From: an uncultured bacterium
GTDB taxonomy: Bacteria; Fidelibacterota; Marinisomatia; Marinisomatales; UBA1611
Direction: 5' to 3'
Assembly (NCBI GenBank): GCA_943788175.1
Contig: CALSPG010000007.1
Location: forward strand, 128,001 to 192,000
DNA length: 64,000 bases
Part shown: piece by piece, positions 59,643 to 64,000 of the stretch
Layout: the number at the start of each line of letters is the position of its first letter
Position numbering within the stretch: position 1 is the first letter of the stretch
Notes under the pieces: model-generated
The model's input: only the letters and a program-made list of their open reading frames with translations
The model's database searches: none
Told to the model about the DNA's origin: nothing
Translations under genes and position numbers: made by a program

Positions 59643-61958
59643 ATGGAGAAAAACAACTTACCATTTTCTTTTTTAAACAAAGAAATTCAATTTTTTCAAC
59701 AAAACTTCAAACAAGTTGGAATTATTTTCCTGCTAGTGTTGTTTATTTCATTTTTATTCCCTGGTGGAGAAACTCTACAATATTCTTACAAGATAAATGA
59801 TATTACTAGGGAGCCAATAATAGCGCCCTTTACTTTTCCTATTTTGAAAACATTCGAAAATTATGAAAAGGATAAAAAAGAAGAAAAAAAATCTGTTGCT
59901 TATATTTTTAACAGAAAACAAGAAGTTGTAAACAGCCAATTAACTGAATTAAATGATTTTTTTGGTTCATTAAATGATTTAAGATCGTCAAAGTGGAGAT
60001 TTAATCAATCAAAGCAACTATACTATGAAAGGAAGTACCATGCTACCGCTGAGAAAGCAAAAAATGAATTCATAGCAGATAGTGCAAGTCTAGAGATGCT
60101 TTCAAATGATTTTCAAAGTAAATACCCATTTACGGCTTTAAAAGATTCATCATGGAATAAATATTTAACAACAAATGAAAATCCAAGAAAACTAAAAGAT
60201 TGGGTTTTACATAAAAATATTGTTAGTCAAATTTGTAAAAATAGATGGTCTGAAGGTATTTATGATATATCAATAGATAGCATAATAAGTAATAAAGTTA
60301 AGATTAATCAAGGTGATGTCCCTATTTTAGCAGAAAAACTTGATTTTAACAGTTTAGAAGTAGCGTGGATAAAAGCAAAAGAAGAGTATATAAATAAGAT
60401 CTCCGGTGAAGACGTTTTTTTTGATATTGGATATGATATAATTGTTGAGCATATGAAACCGAATTTATTATTTAATAGAAAATTAACAGTATCAAATCAA
60501 AGGCTTAATATAAAGCAAGTTCCTAGAAGTAAAGGAGTTGTTTTAGAAAACGAGTTAATTGTTGATGCAAACATTAGAATAACAGAAGGTGTCCTCCAAA
60601 AATTAAATTCACTATCTTTTTCAATCGGGCAATTGAATCAGGATAAGCCTCTAGATAATATCTGGAACTACTTAGGTAGAATTATTCTTATATCTATAGT
60701 AATCTCTCTGTTCTTTACATTTTTGTATATGTATAGAATAGATGTCTTTTCTGATTGGAAAATGATTTTACTGATGTCTATTATAATGTTAATTCAAATG
60801 CTTCTAGCGTATTTAATTATTAATTATTTTCAATTCTCAGAACATTTAGTTCCTGTTTCTGTAGGGGCACTAACATTGACTATTTTATTTGATGCTAGAA
60901 TTGGGTTTATGTCGACAGTTGCTGTATCAATTTTAGTAGGTCTAATGATGGGCCAAAATATTGATTTTGTTATTTCATCTTTGTTTATTTCAACGGTTGG
61001 GGTTTATAACATCCGTGAATTGCGTAAAAGAAGCCAGCTTTTTACAACGATGTTTGCATTGATTGGGGCCAGCATTATTGTGATAATTGCTATTGGATTA
61101 TTTAAAGAACACTCCTGGGCAAAAATTATTTTTGATTTGCAAATATTAACATTAAATAGTTTTTTAGCTCCAATTGTTACTTATGGTTTAATAGGTTTAA
61201 CTGAAATGGTATTTGAAGTCACCACCGATTTAACTTTAATTGAATTACTCGATTACGATAGGCCATTATTAAAAAGAGCCCAAAGAGAAACTAATGGAAC
61301 CTTTAATCATAGCATTGTCGTTGGAAATTTAGCGGAAGCTTGTGCTACCGCGATTGGAGCACATTCATTATTATGCAGGGTTGGAGCCTATTATCATGAC
61401 ATAGGTAAGATGATAAAACCAGATTACTTTATTGAAAACCAATATGCTGCTGATAATAAACATGATGTATTAAAACCAACAATGAGTGCAAAAATTATTA
61501 GAAGTCATGTTAATAACGGGTTGCAACTTGCCAAAGAGTATGGTTTGCCTAAAATCGTTTCTGATTTCATTCCAATGCACCACGGCACGACTAGAGTAGA
61601 ATACTTTTATAGGCAAGCAATAGAAGCTGTTGATGGAGACGAATCAAAAATTGATGAAAGCCAATTCAGGTATCCTGGTCCAAAACCAAATACTAAAGAA
61701 ACGGGAATTTTAATGATATGTGAAGCTATTGAGGCGGCAGTACGTTCAATTAAAAACCCAGATATTATGAAAATCGAAAATATGATTGATAAAATAATAA
61801 AGCAAAGAGTTGACGATGGTCAGTTAAGTGATTGTCCATTAACACTAAATGAGTTAGATAAAATTAAAGGTACTGTTGATGGCAATACAGGAATGCTTCA
61901 TGTTTTAAGGGGTATTTATCACATTCGAATAGAATATCCAGATGATAAAAACCTTTAA
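59643..61958 (+). CDS. 7TM-HD (HDIG) phosphohydrolase, PgpH-like cyclic-di-nucleotide phosphodiesterase
   Basis: Extracellular 7TMR-HDED-like region, TM bundle, GTFNHS, YYHDIGK...YFIENQ, HHGT, RYPGPKP. Confidence 0.88.
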   Translation: MEKNNLPFSFLNKEIQFFQQNFKQVGIIFLLVLFISFLFPGGETLQYSYKINDITREPIIAPFTFPILKTFENYEKDKKEEKKSVAYIFNRKQEVVNSQLTELNDFFGSLNDLRSSKWRFNQSKQLYYERKYHATAEKAKNEFIADSASLEMLSNDFQSKYPFTALKDSSWNKYLTTNENPRKLKDWVLHKNIVSQICKNRWSEGIYDISIDSIISNKVKINQGDVPILAEKLDFNSLEVAWIKAKEEYINKISGEDVFFDIGYDIIVEHMKPNLLFNRKLTVSNQRLNIKQVPRSKGVVLENELIVDANIRITEGVLQKLNSLSFSIGQLNQDKPLDNIWNYLGRIILISIVISLFFTFLYMYRIDVFSDWKMILLMSIIMLIQMLLAYLIINYFQFSEHLVPVSVGALTLTILFDARIGFMSTVAVSILVGLMMGQNIDFVISSLFISTVGVYNIRELRKRSQLFTTMFALIGASIIVIIAIGLFKEHSWAKIIFDLQILTLNSFLAPIVTYGLIGLTEMVFEVTTDLTLIELLDYDRPLLKRAQRETNGTFNHSIVVGNLAEACATAIGAHSLLCRVGAYYHDIGKMIKPDYFIENQYAADNKHDVLKPTMSAKIIRSHVNNGLQLAKEYGLPKIVSDFIPMHHGTTRVEYFYRQAIEAVDGDESKIDESQFRYPGPKPNTKETGILMICEAIEAAVRSIKNPDIMKIENMIDKIIKQRVDDGQLSDCPLTLNELDKIKGTVDGNTGMLHVLRGIYHIRIEYPDDKNL

Positions 61959-61975
61959 TCATTATTATTTATGTA

Positions 61976-62425
61976 ATGAAAAATATTAATGTCTTCACTG
62001 ATCCTAATTATAATGAGCCAAGCAAAAAATTATGTATTTCAATAGTTGAAAATATTTTAGCACATCATAGCAAGTATAATTATGATATTAATATAATTTT
62101 CACTTCAGATGTTCATTTAAGTGATTTAAAAAAACAGTTTTTTTCAACAGATCAGTGGACAGATGTAATAGCATTCCCCTTAAACTCAGAAAATGAAAAC
62201 ACTATTGAAGGCGAAATATATATTAGCATTCCAACAGCAAAAGAAAATGCAGATTTATTCAATCAACATTATAATAAAGAACTCGCAAGGTTAATTGTAC
62301 ATGGAGCATTGCATTTACTAGGTCACGAAGATGATACAATAGCAAAAAAAAAAGACATGGTTAAAAAAGAGGACTTTTTTTTGAAAAATATACTTTGGAG
62401 AAGATTATTTGAAGAACAAAAATGA
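61976..62425 (+). CDS. ybeY: rRNA maturation endoribonuclease YbeY
   Basis: TDVIAFP, GEIYIS, HGALHLLGHED. Confidence 0.92.
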   Translation: MKNINVFTDPNYNEPSKKLCISIVENILAHHSKYNYDINIIFTSDVHLSDLKKQFFSTDQWTDVIAFPLNSENENTIEGEIYISIPTAKENADLFNQHYNKELARLIVHGALHLLGHEDDTIAKKKDMVKKEDFFLKNILWRRLFEEQK

Positions 62426-63197
62426 TAATGAGACTGATACAAAATTAGAGGAACTTGTCAAAATAGTAAAAACTCTAAGAAGTCCAAAAGGTTGTGAGTG
62501 GGATAATGTTCAGACAAGCAGTTCGTTGGTTCCTTTTTTTATTGAGGAGGTATATGAATTAATTGAAGGGATAGATAAAAAAGATAATAAAAATATTCGA
62601 GAAGAGCTTGGTGATGTTCTGCTGCACATAGTTTTTCAATCTCAGATTGCATCGGAAGAAATGAACTTTAATATCAATAATGTTATCGAGGACCTGAATA
62701 TTAAACTTATTAATAGACATCCTCATATATTCAAAAATTTTGATGGTAAAATATCTTCTTCAAAGATGAATTCTTGGGAAAAACAGAAACAAAAACAAAA
62801 AGGAAGAAATTCAAGGTTAGATGGCGTTCCTGCTATTTTACCATCTATTGTATCATCTCAAAGAATTCAGGATAAAGCATCTTCTGCTGGTTTTGATTGG
62901 GATAAGATTAGCGAAGTATGGGAAAAATTAGATGAAGAATTGATTGAGCTGAAAGAGGCGCAAAGTCTGGATAATTTTGATAATATTGAATCGGAAATAG
63001 GTGATGTTTTATTTACAATGGTTAATTTAAGTCGTTTTTTTGGTATATCAGCAGAAAATGCTCTAAGGAAGTCAAATAAAAAGTTTATAAATCGTTTTCA
63101 AAAGCTTGAAAAAAAAATAAATAAATCAAACAAAAATATAGAAGATTATTCTAAAAGAGAACTAAATGATATTTGGGATGAAGTTAAAAAGAGCTGA
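62409..63197 (+). CDS. mazG: Nucleoside triphosphate pyrophosphohydrolase MazG
   Basis: LR...GCEWD, EEVYE, EELGDVLL, RHPHIF, GFDW, EIGDVLF. Confidence 0.93.
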   Translation: MKNKNDNETDTKLEELVKIVKTLRSPKGCEWDNVQTSSSLVPFFIEEVYELIEGIDKKDNKNIREELGDVLLHIVFQSQIASEEMNFNINNVIEDLNIKLINRHPHIFKNFDGKISSSKMNSWEKQKQKQKGRNSRLDGVPAILPSIVSSQRIQDKASSAGFDWDKISEVWEKLDEELIELKEAQSLDNFDNIESEIGDVLFTMVNLSRFFGISAENALRKSNKKFINRFQKLEKKINKSNKNIEDYSKRELNDIWDEVKKS

Positions 63198-63198
63198 A

Positions 63199-63618
63199 TT
63201 ATTCACCGTTTATTGTAGCCTTAATACTTCTTTCACTAACGTTATTTCGGTGCTCACAAAAGTAAACTCCTTGCCACATACCTAATTTCAGGTTTCCGCT
63301 GTTAATTGGTATAGATAAAGAGTTCCCAAGCATAGATGTTTTTAAATGCGCGGACATATCATCTTCTCCTTCGATTGTATCTATGTAATATTGATTCCCC
63401 TCAGTTACCATTTTATTAAAATGATATTCAAAATCATTTCTAACTCTATCCTCTGTATTCTCATTTATAGTTAAAGATACTGAGGTATGTCTCATAAAAG
63501 GTTGTAATACTCCAATGTTAAAATTTTTTATTTCTGGAGGAGACTTTACTATATCATCAGTTATTAAATGGAACGCTCTAATTTTATTATTTATAGTAAT
63601 ATCTTTTTGTACCCACAT
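63199..63618 (-). CDS. yjbQ: YjbQ/UPF0047 family protein
   Basis: HTS.SLTINEN, EG.DDM.AHLK, LG.WQG...CEH. Confidence 0.88.
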   Translation of the reverse strand: MWVQKDITINNKIRAFHLITDDIVKSPPEIKNFNIGVLQPFMRHTSVSLTINENTEDRVRNDFEYHFNKMVTEGNQYYIDTIEGEDDMSAHLKTSMLGNSLSIPINSGNLKLGMWQGVYFCEHRNNVSERSIKATINGE

Positions 63619-63628
63619 ATTTTATGAA

Positions 63629-64000
63629 TTATGTCTTTTTTTCTTTTTTTCTTGCTGCTGGGAAGAGAATATTATTTAATATTAACCTGTACCCTGGCGA
63701 GTTCCTATGAAGAGATAAATCTGTAGGGGGGTCGCCAACAAAATGTTGATAATCTTCTGGATCATGGCCACCATAAAAAGTATAGGTACCTTTCCCGAAA
63801 TTGCCATGAAGATATTTGGCCTGCACAGAAGAAGGATCTTCGCCTAAAATAATCACATGATTTTTAATCATATTTTTATTAAAGCCCGTAGTTTGCCCCA
63901 TAAAACCCTTGACAATAGGAACATGATTTTGAGTTAACATTGTTGGCACAGGATCGTATTTAGCTGAAAACTCAAATAAAGAAAAATAGTCGGCTTCAGC
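63629..64000 (-). CDS. Conserved FCB-type hypothetical protein, C-terminal part only (5' end lies outside the window)
   Basis: Frame open to the window edge (AEADYFSLFEFSAKYDPVPTMLTQNH...); GGHDPEDYQH.VGDPPTDL, GYRLILNN.LFPAA. Confidence 0.75.
   Translation of the reverse strand, partial: AEADYFSLFEFSAKYDPVPTMLTQNHVPIVKGFMGQTTGFNKNMIKNHVIILGEDPSSVQAKYLHGNFGKGTYTFYGGHDPEDYQHFVGDPPTDLSLHRNSPGYRLILNNILFPAARKKEKKT

Noticed and set aside
63629-64000. 'Asparagine synthetase B' label that I recall for this family
   Set aside because: No Ntn-glutaminase or synthetase motifs are visible in the fragment; left as hypothetical.

Overview
Gene-dense, AT-rich bacterial chromosome segment with very short spacers and many overlapping stop/start codons. 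Gene content and order suggest a streamlined marine FCB-group bacterium, plausibly Candidatus Marinimicrobia; this is an inference and was not tested. Most of the window is housekeeping: sdhAB, exbB-exbD-exbD-tonB, lipid A genes, ychF, fabA, uvrA, ruvB, queA, ispDFE, tRNA-Gln, prs-rplY-pth, a membrane pyrophosphatase, rpsF-rpsR-rplI, priA, mutY, pepC, mtaB, gcvP, rnpB, a PgpH-like HD protein, ybeY and mazG. No CRISPR array, prophage or transposase was seen. The most unusual region is about 46.6-55.6 kb. It holds a MenA-type prenyltransferase fused to an N-terminal PAS domain with a FixL-like His, directly upstream of a CADD/CT610-type self-sacrificing pABA synthase. It also holds a second heme-oxygenase-like dimetal oxidase (DUF3050) coupled to gcvP, an unannotated 50-aa (D/E/N)RR-repeat peptide, and a K+ channel with a candidate internal RCK start followed by a stand-alone cNMP-binding protein. 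Also notable are a lipid A operon with LmtA-like and GnnA-like genes and a tandem pair of paralogous FG-GAP beta-propeller surface proteins. All calls are from motif recognition by eye; no database searches were run.
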